A DNA stretch of 64,000 nt from Mobula hypostoma (taxonomy: Eukaryota), in contig NC_086108.1 of the NCBI RefSeq assembly GCF_963921235.1, positions 76,696,001 through 76,760,000 of the forward strand. Direction: 5' to 3'. The first letter of the stretch is position 1. Each line of letters starts with the position of its first letter. Shown here one piece after another: positions 11,693 to 23,516 of the stretch. The position numbers were made by a program, and so were the translations under genes. The notes beneath the pieces were generated by a model. The model had not been told where the DNA came from and searched no databases. It was given only the letters and a program-made list of their open reading frames with translations.

Positions 11693-14600
11693 ATGAATGA
11701 CTATGAATGACAGGCAGAACCAGAGAAATGCAAAAAGGTGAGGGTTTTAGGATAATATTCTATGCAACAGGAAAATGTGATGATCAGTAGAGAAATGGAA
11801 ATCTATGCAGTGCCTCAGAGTTTTTGGGAAAGCACCGTGGGTTCTTTCAAGCAGCTGGATGGACCAAAATATAGTGAAATAAAACATTTAACACGTAATC
11901 TAAAGAAACATATGAGAAGATAAAATGAAAATGATTAAGATAAATAAAGAGGAAGTTATCTATGAATTTTACCCATCAGATGTGTGCTTATGTATTCGTT
12001 GGAGCTCAACACAGTCCAGCACATAATCTGCTTGTAGCAAATATTTCAACGATCAAGATAAAATGCAGTTATGTATTTGTGACATCACTAGTGTATAGGT
12101 ATGAAAAATATCCCTTTAGGTCACAGATTAAACATCTGTTAAATAGACTGTCTAACAATAATGGCAAGAGGCTGTTAAGTGAGTGCTTCTGTGTGATGCA
12201 TGTGAGATATGATGTGTAGTTGTTTGTTATCCCGTGGTTTCCACTTACCCAAGAGGAGAGTAAAAGAGGAAGAATCATTCTCTTCCCACTAAGTCATGTA
12301 ACTTTGTTAAATTCAGAGTGTCATGACATAGGCTGAGAAACAGATTAGTGTTCTGTGTTCTTTGGTAAAAATGGCACATAAAATAACCAAAAGAAAAATA
12401 AAATGAGTCAAACATAAGAAGCGGAAAATATTAAAATTGTGAGGGAAAAAACCCAAAAGTTTAAGATACGTTAATTATCATATATTTCATGTTGCTGCTG
12501 AGTAAGTATCAAATGCAATCCAACATAGTAAAAATGGAATGGTTCATGGGCTTCTCTGTATGTTATAATTTTTATCTCCACAGTGAAGTGGTCATATAAC
12601 TAACGAGGGAACAGGCTGAGAGTGAGTTATGGTCAGCCTCAAGAGTGGAAATAAAAAATAAGATATCAAGTAGTCGGCTTCATGAAGTATTCTATGCATA
12701 ACGCTGGTGCTATGCATTTCACTAAAAATGAAAAATTATTTTAATGCTTTTTTACAGTTATTTTAATCTAGGAAATAGGGAGTAAACTGCAACTTTATAA
12801 TATCATTGGGGATGATTTCCTCTGTGTGCTGTGTTTATGAAATCATTAATGTGTTTATAAAGCACAGGTTAATAACTTAGCTACACATAGCTCACAGAGG
12901 AAATCAGCCCACCATAAGTAGTGGAATATGATTTTTGTTTTTACAGTTTCAGAGCTGCAGACATGTTGTAAATAAATGAAATATAACAGCCAGCAGTATG
13001 ATAAATCGCCACAAATAAGGTGACCAAATAATTCGGGAGCAACAATGTGACAAGTGGATTACAGTTAGTCTCACAAGTGAGGTTATTTATCATATGACAC
13101 TGACACGTTCTATTTATAACACTTTCTGCGCACTTTCAGATGGAAAATAGAAATTCATTTTAATGAGTGTTTTGCCCATGTTGATTAAGCTAAGAAAATT
13201 GCCTGTTGATATTATTTCGCCAGTGAAATCCAAGTTCTGTGAATTGATGGAGTCTGCAAGTCCCATTATAGGTGAAAAGATAAATAGAGAGGAACCGAAA
13301 AAGACGTAACAAATGACTAGTTCATGCACAAAGTCTTAAGGAAAAGTAATCTGAGAAGAGGGCAAAAGAAAACAATTCAGGAAGAAAGACTTTGATATAT
13401 GGCATTCTGCAAAAGAAGGTTTACAGAAAGAAAGAAATAGACAAGCTAGGATCTTTTGAAGGGCAAAGAAAGGCAAGGAAAAGCTCCAGTGTGGTCCTAT
13501 ATTCAAATCAATTGAAAGTACCCAGGTTTGGATGAAACCTGACCTCAGTTGCATTAATATGCATTCAGTAAGTTTCTGGTCACATACTCCAGAGCACTTA
13601 TTTAACAAAATTAATATTCCCAGTGGTTCTGCTGGGAACAGATTGCAGATATGTTATTGGTCCGAAGTGGCTGGAGTAACATTTGGGCTTGAAGAGGGTT
13701 TGGCAGCCATTTGAATATTGTGCAGATTGGAGGAACTATTTTGGTTTTTACCAGCTTCTTGGCAATATTTGATTCTTAAATTAAAATGTATCTATTGGTA
13801 ACAGTAGTCTCCCAAAGAGACAGAACAGAGCAGGTCCAGCTTCCGTTCCACCCTGTAATAGCAGGTGCATCCAAGATGGTGTCAAATTGGCATTTGGCTC
13901 TGCATTTGGTTGTCTAATTTGTCTACTCTCTGCCATTTGGACAACTGGCAGTGACTTTTGAAAGATTTCATGAACCAAATTTGGGCTTGGTGGACATATT
14001 CTGCACATCCTTTGGAGGCAGAGCATATTAATCCATGCGATTTGTTTATATTGCGCACATTTTCTAATGTATGCTGTTATATTTCCACCTGTGTGAAAAA
14101 GAAACACCTAAAGGAACTCAAAGGAAAGCTGTTTATTTTAAAAAGCCCTAAACATTAAATGGATGATTAGTTTTTTAAGTAAAGACAGAATACAATGAGT
14201 CTTATGTAGCCAGTGATTTTACTGTTAATTGGTAGCAAAGCAGCTGAGAAAAATGCTATTAATGTTCAGTAATCACTGGGCCAAGTAATAGTAATCACTG
14301 TTCAGGGGCAATCTTATTACTATGTAACTGAGGGCCTGATTACTCTATTAGCCTCTTCTACCCATTCTCCTAAAGCTTGCACAAAAATCAAATTATGACA
14401 TGAATGACAATGTAAATCATTCGCCTCTACCATAATGGACATAAAAAATTTGCCAAAGGGTCATGCAAAGTTCACACCAGTTAATGAAAGTGGCACTGAG
14501 GTAATAGCTTCAACAGGGGGGTGCGATTGGAGCCCAGTGTCTCAGCATCTGTGCTTGTTAAGGCCTCAGCTGTCTAGTCAGTTGATTGACTGCATATTCA

Positions 14601-16531
14601 ATATCTACTCATCTTTATGTGTCATACTGCAGATTCACCAAATAATGTATCTCATAAAAGAAGGTGAATGCTTCCCCAAACCTACGGAAGAGACAGGGGA
14701 AAGATTTTAATCAGTGTCATTCCTTTGATGGCAGTATCTCTCTCAGTTGGCTCTTGCAAGGCCGTCGTGCATAGTGTATTAAGTAGCAAGGAAAGGGGCA
14801 TTTCTTTTTTACTTTTTTTATTTTTCCAATTCAGAATTTCATTTATTTAGTTCCCTTTGCATTTTCATCTTTTTGGCTCAGACAGAGGAAGACCTGCTCA
14901 AAGATGTAGATAGCTCTAGGCAGCTCACTCTGTCCTGTTTTTAGCATGACAAATTACCTCAGGAGAAAATTCAACAAGCTTTATTCCTTGCTCTCTACCA
15001 TCACCATCAACCACCCCCACCCCCAACACCTCCATTCCTTCCATAAATTTGATTTTTGATTTGTTTTCTCTCCTCTTTTGTCAATGCAAATTTCCATTAC
15101 TGTTTCTTATGCTGCGCCAGAACTGAATTCCCAAGCAGGGTAAGGTTTACATATTATATGTAACAGGGTGAAATATCAATAAAGAGGTTGTTTAAACAAA
15201 TGTCAACTGCATGTAAACACAATTTCATCATAGCTCAATTAATATTCCACAGTCTGCAATGGACTTCAAGCCCTTTTGTGATGCTAAGGAGAGAAGATGC
15301 ACTTTGTTCATGCATGAAAAAGGATCAGGCTTCCTGTCTCAGATATCCACAGTTGGTCACCTTTTACGGAGTCTGAAGATTGTTTTGTACTCATTAAAAG
15401 CAAGACAGAACTGATTACGAAGGGATTACTGAGTACCAGCCTGCTTGACACTGGCGCTGGTGGTCACCAAGTTCTTTATTTAGAATTGTGAATTTCTGAT
15501 GGATTGCTATTGCACATAGACAGGGAATCCACAGCCTAGAATATTCAAAATCCTAAATTAACTTAATATGACTTATAAAAATACAATTTAAATAAAATGC
15601 CTCTGATGATTACTGATGTTTTTCAAAATGGAACCTTGAGGTTGCTTAATTCATGCATGTGGAAAATTTCATGAATGAATCAAATCTCATTTGTTAATTT
15701 ATAAACATTAAGTGTGCAATGTGTTTCAGAGCAGTTGTGCTCAGTTTTGGGTAAATCCCATAACATCAGTGCAATATTCTAAACACTGAGTCACTACTAA
15801 ATAAAGCACAATAACTTACTGAATCTGCTCTGGAAAACAAGGTATGAAAGAAGATTGAGGGACAATGTTAATCTGACCATCTACTGAAATGCTGTTGCAA
15901 TTGGGCACAGCGCAGATTTCGAACCCGTCTGATTTCGCTTTCCAATTAAACCACTGGAGACTATAATTCCGTCAAATGAAAACTCGCATTTTCTAAACTT
16001 TGTAGCTTTCCTGGGTTGTATGATTTGATATCGTGTAAAGTTTTCTTACTTTGCATGTAGAATAAACACAGAAAGCCAAAGATATTTTAAATAGCATGGC
16101 ATCATGTAACTTGTAGGTTGTCACACTGGCTGAATTCTTTTGTCAGAAAATTATGCATTCAAGATCCATCCAAGAACAGAGCATATACTCTCGGCTGTAC
16201 TTTAATTCAATCTACAAATCTGGATTACAATGCTTTAATTGATGTTCTGCTTGCCTGGACAGATATATAGAATAGATAAGATTTTAATATTTCAAGATCG
16301 ATGGGGAAGCACCTTACTATTCTACCTGTGATTCTTCCCTCATCACTGTGATCAGAATAGATTAAGTAATCATTTACTGCATGTTTATTTGCATCTTAGT
16401 AAACCATGCATTGTAAAGGACCTAATTTCATCATTAGCAACACACAAAATGCCAAAAGAACTCAGCAGGTCAGACAGCATCTATGGAGGGGGAAAACAGT
16501 TAATATTTCTGGCTGAGACCCTTCATCAGGC

Positions 16532-16569
16532 CAGTCCTGATGAAGGGTCTGGGCCTGAAATGTCGACTG
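16532..16569 (+). ncRNA. Minimal type I hammerhead ribozyme motif with CpG decay; a degenerate second copy lies on the - strand at 16497-16530
   Basis: CAGUC-CUGAUGA-A-GGGU-CUGG-GCCU-GAAA-UG-UC-GACUG; stem I is CAGUC/GACUG. Confidence 0.75.
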
Positions 16570-16621
16570 TTTATTCCTCTCCATAGATGCTGCCTGACCT
16601 GTCCAGTTCCTCCAGCATTTT

Positions 16622-16730
16622 CAAGAATCAAGATTCAAGATTGTTTAACATAATTTCCAATACACATGTGTAAAGGAGAACAAAATAATTGTTACTCCAG
16701 ATCTGATGCAGCCCAAAAAAAATCCCCACA
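16622..16730 (-). mobile_element. Short Rex/Babar 3'-tail insertion inside the PLE copy
   Basis: (TTGAATC)n-like tail; matches the 3' end at 19855-19945; ATTTT duplicated at 16617-16621 and 16731-16735. Confidence 0.8.
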
Positions 16731-16964
16731 ATTTTGGGTGCTGCTCTGGATTTCCAACAGCTGCAGAATCTCTTGTGTTGATAGTTTCATCATTAACTGC
16801 TTATGAGTGCATTACAATGCAAGTTACTATATGAAAAAGTATAATGTATGTGCACTTCAGTAATGTGAGTTTTAAAGCAGATTCTAATAAAATACACAGC
16901 TTCCTTATATTGAATGCATTAAAGACGTTGCTGAAAATATAGGCTTTATAATAAGGTAAGTAAA

Positions 16965-17170
16965 AATCTGTTTGAGGCATCTAGACAGGCACATGAATAG
17001 GCAGGGAATAGAGAGATATAGACCATGTACAGGCAGGTGATATAGACAGGCACATGAATAGGCTGGGAATAGGAGATATAGACCACGTTCATCAGTTAGA
17101 CAGGCATCAGGATCGGCGCAGGGCTGCTGGGGTAAAGGGCCTGTTCCTGTACTACACTGTTTTGGGGTTA
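16965..17170 (+). mobile_element. CR1 3' end with an internal ~44-bp tandem duplication
   Basis: tagacaggcacatgaatagg...gatatagacca occurs at 16982 and 17043; ends in aagggcctgttcctgtactac. Confidence 0.8.
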
Positions 17171-19104
17171 TTTCTCTCAGTAAAAGTCAAAGTAATTGCA
17201 ACAGATATAAGCAATAGGCTTAAAATCCTCGCAAGTGCTCAAGAGTACTGTTTAATCAGCATGGCATGCCTTCCATTAAATTGTTATTTTGCATTGACAA
17301 CTCATTTTCACCTTTTGTGTACCCCCAAACCTTTCAGGATATACCTCTACTCGAGGCTGCTAGGCTTCTTCCGGGAGGTCTGCCGGTTTTCTGCTCGGGT
17401 GCAGCGTGATATGAATGTTTTTGGCTCTTTGACCCTGCCGAGCTTCGCTTCAGCATTTCAGAGATGAGGGAAGTTACCGGCTGGGCCAAACTCTTGATAG
17501 CTGGCCGCCAGGAAGTGGCAGTTTCATTCAAATCAACTTTTACAGGGGAAAAAAACAGGTTCTTTTTTTGAAGGAGAACACCACAGAAGCTGATCAGGTG
17601 ATTAGCAATAAAAAATTTAACAGGGATTCGTATGTGCATATTTCTGTCATATTTATGAGGTCATTTACTCAAGTAGACACTGAAAGCCTCAGTAAATCCT
17701 CTGGGGCATGCAGTCATTTTTTTTTTGCACCCAATCTTCTAGAGATTTGATGATAAGCTATATTTTAGCCTTACTGTAGTAAAAGCCTACCCCTTATTGT
17801 TCAATAGTAATGGAAAGTGCACCAATGATGAATTTTGAAATTGCTAGATTCAGAGTCATTTAAACTCCCGATAATAATTTGTAGTAGCCTCATTTGGACA
17901 TAGGAATTTACCTTTGCCGGTGTCTTAGTCTTTATCGGGTACCCACTTCATGCTTTCTTAGGTTATTTTAGATTTCAATGTAATGTTGGGAAATACCATA
18001 CGCAATTTACACACTGCAAAACTTCATAAACAAGCAAGTTATTAGTTTATTGTCTCATGCAGCTTTGCTGCATTCCTTGTGCAATATTGTAACAAATTAA
18101 ATTGCTGGAAAGGGGCTTTAACCTACTCTTTCATTTGGAACAAGAGTTCAAGTTCTCATTCTGAGCAAAATCTGAAACTTAATCTATAGAATATAAAAAT
18201 AGCTGGAGTGAAGGTGGAGCATGGTATCAAGTAGAACTGAACAAAAGAACAGCTTTGTTTGTAATAATGAATTTGCACAGTACTTTAAAAAGCTACAAAA
18301 CATCTAATCTGTTCTTCCAATACTTTTAAGACAGGAGCACTGGTGAATTTAGAGCAGATACTCACTCCATCAGGATTTCAGCTTCTTCAGTTAAGTTATC
18401 TTACCTGTGACCAGGAGTACTTTGATTCTTCACCCATCTGTTGCTCTTTAAATCCTTCCTCAGTAGCATCCAAAACCACAGCACCAGTTAAGACACATAG
18501 ATTAATGACACCCAATTCTACCTTACCACCACCTTGTTCAACCCCAGTACTTTCTGTAATTTGTCACAATACCTATATGGCATCCAGTAATGAATAGGCA
18601 GAGATTTCCTTTGGCAGAAAATTGGGAAGCTCCTGCCAGAAATTCCATTTCCAGGTCATTGACACCCTTCCAGTCATTGACAATTATGGGACTGTTGGCA
18701 GTCGTGGTACCCTATTTGAAATGAGTGAAGTGGTTTACACTTACCGTCAAAGTGGTTGCTCACCTCTGCTTTCACAACAGCATGTGACTCCAGCTGACCT
18801 GCTAAATCTCATCCATCTCTTCTTTCTTTCAGGACTTTACTTTTCAAACGTACCCCAAAGCACGTTCTCAAAGCTCCTTGACTACGTCCTAATTTGCACC
18901 AAATCCTGCCCACGCTGCTCCACTGTGCTCAGGAACCAATGCTGTTTCCTGGTGATGCATTGCAGGGTTAAGAATTTAAAGTTCTTGTCCATATTTCCAC
19001 CTTGCCCCCATGACCATACCCATCCCTATTCCATAATATTTCACAGTTCTAAGAGCTGCCAAAGAATTGGCATAGCAATGACCTGTAAATGTAATTTAGT
19101 TATA

Positions 19105-19360
19105 TTTATTTAGAGATACAATGTGGAATAGGCTTTTCTAGCTCTTTGAGCCTAGCACCAGCTATCCACCCATTTAACCCTAGCCAAATCGCGGGACAAT
19201 TTACAATGACTAATTATCCTACTAACCGGTAGGTCTTTGGACTGTGGAAAGAAACTGGAGCACCCAAGGAAACCCATGTATTCCATAGGGAGGACGTACA
19301 AACTCTTTGCTGAGGATGCTGGGACTGAACTGTGAATTCCTACGCCCCACTCTGCACGTG
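19105..19360 (-). mobile_element. V-domain tRNA-SINE
   Basis: Reverse complement of the family at 7207-7490 (ctttggactgtgg...ggagcacccaaggaaacccatg...ggaggacgtacaaactc). Confidence 0.85.
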
Positions 19361-19854
19361 TTATTGGAGGAGTTCGCTTGTGCAGCGCCGAGCTTTGTTT
19401 CTTTTTTTTGAAGCAAAACACTTCAATACAAATTCAGCTTCTTAATCTGCAATTGTAAAATATGATCCTTTAAATTTATATGACAGAGGGATAGATGATG
19501 TATGAATTGCAGTACAAATGTCATTTTGACATACATATATTTTTAAAAAAATACTCCCATCTGTGAAAATTCTAATTAAAGCCAGAGAAAGATTCTTTAA
19601 AGCACAGCATGAAATTTGCTATGACGGAATCCATTGTTTGAGTGGCAAAATGATACCTGCATGTGGTATAAGTTGTTTTAAATACCCCATCTGACAATGA
19701 GTTAGCCCCAACTGTAAGAGTGTTGTACTAACTGCTGGCACCTTCATAAGCTTTGCAATTCCAACTCTTTCCTTATTTCCTTCATTTCGAGGCATCTACC
19801 CTACACTTTGACATAGTCGCCGCCAACTGCTTCTTGTTCGGGTCTGTGTCAGAT

Positions 19855-21215
19855 TTGATTCAAGGTTCAAGATTGTTTAATGCCATTTCCTGTACGCAAG
19901 TGTGATGGGGAACAAAATAATTGTTACTCTGGCTTCGATGAAGTACAAAAACAAAAGATAAAGAACACAATAATAATAAAATGCACAATAAATATAAATA
20001 CATAAGAAAGCTTCTATATGTGGATTGATTGTATGTCCATAAAGTGACACGAGGCACAAGAGTATCGGTATATAAGGTGACTCTGACAGGAATTGATAAA
20101 GTAGTGGTGATTGAGGTGGGGTTGTGGAGGGGTGGGTTAGTAGGTGGGGTTGTGGAGGGGTGGGTTTTGAGGTGGGGTTGTGGAGGGGTGGGTTAGTAGG
20201 TGGAGGTGTTGATCAGCTTTACTGCTCAGGGAAAGGAACTGCTTTTGAGTCTGGTGATCCTGGTGTGGATGCTGTGTATCCTCCTCCCTGATGGGATTGG
20301 AACAAATGGTCCATGAGCAGGATTGGTGGGATCCTCCGCGATTTTCTGGTACCTTTCTGTATATATGTCCTTGATGGTGGGTAGGCTGGTGCCAGTGACA
20401 CATTGAGCAGTTTCAACTGCCTGTTGTACAGCCTTCCTGCTTTCATACTATGCAGTCATGCAGTTTGTTAGATGCTTTCCACTGCACATCTGTAGAATGA
20501 CATGGGTATAGACGTACACAGTCCAGCTTTCTGTTGCCTCCTAAGAAAGCAGAGGTATTTCTGTGCTTTCCTGATTGTGTAGAATGTGTTTTGGGACCAT
20601 GACAGATTGTGCAAGATATGCATTCCCAGGAGTTTGAAGCTACTTACAGTCTGTGCTGCTGTTGTAAGGAGGGATGTGAGCAGAGCACGTTCTCCTGTAG
20701 CCAATAACCACCTCCTTTGTCTTGTTGACATTGAGGAAGAGGCTATTTGCCTGGCACCAGGCCTCAAGTTCTTCCACCTCCTCTCTGTAGGTCGTCTCAT
20801 CTTTATTGGTGATGAGCCAACACACTGTCGTATCATTGGCAAACTTGACAATGTAAAGGTGTTTGGCTGTGCAGTCGCGTGTGAGCTGACCTGGGGAGCA
20901 CCCATGTTGACGACGATGGGGTGGAAGGAGCAGTTGTGCATCCTGACTACCTGAGGTGTGTGATTAGGAAGCCCAACATCCAGTTGCCTAGTGGTGTGAA
21001 TAGACCGAGGAGTAGGAGGAGTTTGTTCACCAAGGTCTGTGGGACAGTAGTGTTAGATGCCAAACTGAAATCCAAAGACATCTGACATAAATGTCCTTGC
21101 TTTCAGAAATCCAGAGATTTCTGACATAGATGTCCTTGTTTTCTAGGTGTGTCAGGGCAGGTGCATGACAGATGCTATGGGATCTGTTGTAGAGCTGTTC
21201 TGTTAGTAAGCATAC
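19855..21215 (-). mobile_element. Rex1/Babar-type LINE, 3' ~1.35 kb, frameshifted
   Basis: GAPQ, DETTYREEVEELEAWCQANSLFLNVNKTKEV, FKLLGMHI and SFYRCAVESI motifs; TTGAA-repeat tail at ~19855-19872; ~39-bp internal duplication at ~21067-21145. Confidence 0.9.
20114..20203. repeat. 28-bp G-rich minisatellite, ~3.2 copies, inside the Rex element
   Basis: Unit aggtggggttgtggaggggtgggttagt starts at 20114, 20142 and 20170. Confidence 0.92.
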
Positions 21216-21234
21216 TGGTGATAATGCTTCTATG

Positions 21235-21470
21235 CAACACACAAACTGCTGGAGGAACTCAGCAGGCCAGGCAGCATCTATGGAAAAAAGTAAACAGTCG
21301 ACATTTCGGGCCGGGATCCTTTGTCGGGACTCACGGCCCTGATGAAGGGTCGCGGACCGAAACGTCGGCTATACTCTTTTCCATAGATGCTGCCTGGCCT
21401 GCTGAGTTCCTCCAGCACTTTGTGTGAGTTGCTTGGATTTCTGGCATCTGCAGATTTTCTCTTGTTTGTG
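21235..21470 (+). mobile_element. PLE pLTR fold-back insertion with 13-bp TSD
   Basis: Inverted arms ~21235-21330 and ~21336-21432, tail to 21470. Flanks are TAATGCTTCTATG (21222-21234) and TAATGCTCCTATG (21472-21484). Confidence 0.92.
21335..21370 (+). ncRNA. Minimal type I hammerhead ribozyme motif with intact catalytic core
   Basis: GGCC-CUGAUGA-AG-GGUC-GCG-GACC-GAAA-CG-UC-GGCU. Confidence 0.78.
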
Positions 21471-21777
21471 CTAATGCTCCTATGAAGTGCTTTAAGATGT
21501 TAGTTTGTTTTATTTTCACTTTACTTTTAAAATATCTTCCAGAGATGTACCACATGTATTCACAAGTGGTTTCTCCAAATTCCAGTGGTTTACGAGAACC
21601 AAAACATCTCTTCCAAATACAATTTACTAGAAGAATTTACATGGCATTCAAGATGACATGCATAAGTTTGATTCTAGTAGAGTGAGTGACAAGCTATACT
21701 TTTTGTATGTTTTTTCTAGCCTGATTCTGATGCATCACATTAATGTGACTTCTTCCAACAAATAGTTCTGTGATTAC

Positions 21778-22530
21778 ATTCAGATTCAGATTTATTTATC
21801 ACATGTACATGTCAACATAAAGTGAAGTGCTTTGCTTGTGTTAACAACCAACACACTTAGAGATGTGCTGTGGGCAGCCCACGTTCTGCCACCAACATTA
21901 CATGCCCACAATGCTCAGTGGAAAAGCACAGAACACAACAAGCAACAAAGAACAAAAGCAAAACCACTTCTCCCTCCCATCCAGCCGCACACAAGGACAG
22001 TCATCTGTCCCTAGACTTTGGCCGTCGGGTTTTACCTTCAGCTTTCAGGCTTCAATCTTTAGTATCGACCCCCAAAAAAGAGGATGATGGGACTCTAAAC
22101 TCCACTTGGACGAGTTGTCTGATCATGACCCCACATCCCCCCCATCCAAGACTCCTTGTGCCTCCTGCTTGCATAGACATCCAATCCTGGGGCCCACTGA
22201 CTTGGGGCAGCCTGACGTCTACAGACGTCCACTGTCATCTATCCGCATCGTTGGCCTTCGAGCATGGAGTTGAGGCCCGAACTCTGGATGACCTCCATCC
22301 CATTTCTACATTGTCGGACGTTGGGCGTGGCAAGAAGCAGCAATACCCACATGACTGGCCTTCGAGTGCAGATCAGAGCCCTAGACTGTGGATGTTCTTC
22401 TTCATCCGTCTACATCGGTGGACTTCAAACCCGGAGTGGAGGTCTGATTTCTAACTCCCCGACGGCATTATCCCTAAACCCTAACCGATCCCCAGCTGCC
22501 CTCTCGATCCCCCAGACCATTCCTATGAAC
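21778..22530 (-). mobile_element. Non-coding, GC-richer non-autonomous retroelement with a Rex-like 3' tail (family unassigned)
   Basis: AATAAA plus (CTGAAT)n tail at ~21778-21798 on the minus strand. The body is CpG-richer than its flanks and has no RT motifs. Confidence 0.6.
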
Positions 22531-22644
22531 TATTAGCTTTTATCATTACTTTATTCATTGTGTGGTCTTAGTTATCAAAAATGTGATATTATACATTATT
22601 ACTTTCTGTAGAGCTTCATGATATTATTTTCATGTAAAGATGCA

Positions 22645-22797
22645 TTACGGCGTTTAAGAAACTCTTAGATCGGCACATAGATGACAGAAAAATGAGGGCT
22701 ATATGGGAAGGGTTAGATTGATCGTAGAGTAGGTTAAAAGGTCGGCACAAGATTGTGTCCCAAAGAGTCTGTACTGGGTTCTATGTTCTATGTTCTT
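22645..22797 (+). mobile_element. CR1 3' end
   Basis: gtttaagaaactcttagat...ggtcggcacaa followed by a (TTCTATG)n tail. Confidence 0.8.
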
Positions 22798-23071
22798 TTC
22801 TACATTAATCTTCAGATTTAAATCCAGTCAAAAAATATAGTCGAAATTTTCAGAGATGAAGTGCTTGAGTAGATAACTTTATTCCATTTATACATCTGTA
22901 AAATAGTTGCAAACCTTTTGAATTTCTTTGTTCCCGTGTTTGGTTTGTTTTTGACCAATCAGTTATTAAAAAATGACTTGTGAGTCCCATTTTCAATCAT
23001 AAAGAAACTTTCCACTTGTTTACTTTCAAGCTTCTTCCCCAGGATTCATCAAGCAAACTTCAGAAATTCCT

Positions 23072-23317
23072 CCCTCACTCACTTACCTTTCCCTTCATCT
23101 GGCTTCACCTCTCACCTACCAGCTTGTACTCCTTCCCATCCCCCGACCTTCTTATTCGGGATTCCTTCCCCTTCCTTTCCAGTCCCGATGAAGAGTCTTG
23201 GCCCACAGCATTGACTGCTCTTTCCCCTTCATAGATGCCACCTGACCTGCTGAGTTCCTCCAGTACTTTGTGTGTGCATTGCTCTGGATTTCCAGCATCT
23301 GCAGAAATTTTGTGTTA
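23072..23317 (+). mobile_element. PLE pLTR plus tail, with degenerate hammerhead and 11-bp TSD
   Basis: Pyrimidine-rich pLTR, cagtcccgatgaagagtcttggccc...gactg, and tail ctggatttccagcatctgcag. CAGAAATTCCT flanks it at 23061-23071 and 23318-23328. Confidence 0.88.
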
Positions 23318-23516
23318 CAGAAATTCCTTCTGTCTTCGTGGGCTTATTATTCAGTGCCTTCTCCAAAAATAGAAGGAACATCTGCAAAGTCATCAGCTTC
23401 CCAGCAGAGCTTCAACAATTTAAAACTTGTATTAGAAGCCTTCCAATTAACAACCACACATCAACTTTAGGGCAATTCCATTTAGTGTCGTTACTAATAT
23501 AATCCAAGTGAAAAAG

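Larger units (their letters stand above)
16437..16780 (+). mobile_element. PLE pLTR fold-back insertion (inverted arm, direct arm, tail) with TSD
   Basis: Arms 16437-16530 and 16536-16621 are inverted around a 5-nt loop; the tail resumes at 16731-16780. Flanks are TAATTTCATCATTA (16423-16436) and TAGTTTCATCATTA (16782-16795). Confidence 0.9.

Noticed and set aside
14265..14352. Short direct and inverted AGTAATCA(CTG) motifs as a hairpin element
   Set aside because: Short, AT-rich and imperfect; could be chance.
17054..17467. 137-aa ORF
   Set aside because: Starts inside a CR1 3'UTR duplication and has no recognisable domain.
18330..18850. Possible very old PLE remnant or minus-strand exon (donor near 18740)
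   Set aside because: Similarity to the pLTR (gctgacctgctaaatctcatcca) is too weak to annotate and also undermines the exon reading.
21290..21370. A-to-G changes as evidence of ADAR editing before retrotransposition
   Set aside because: Only a few changes, some explained by CpG decay or subfamily variants; not distinguishable from drift by eye.
21870..22454. 194-aa ORF
   Set aside because: Lies antisense within a GC-rich repeat where stops are rare; no motifs.
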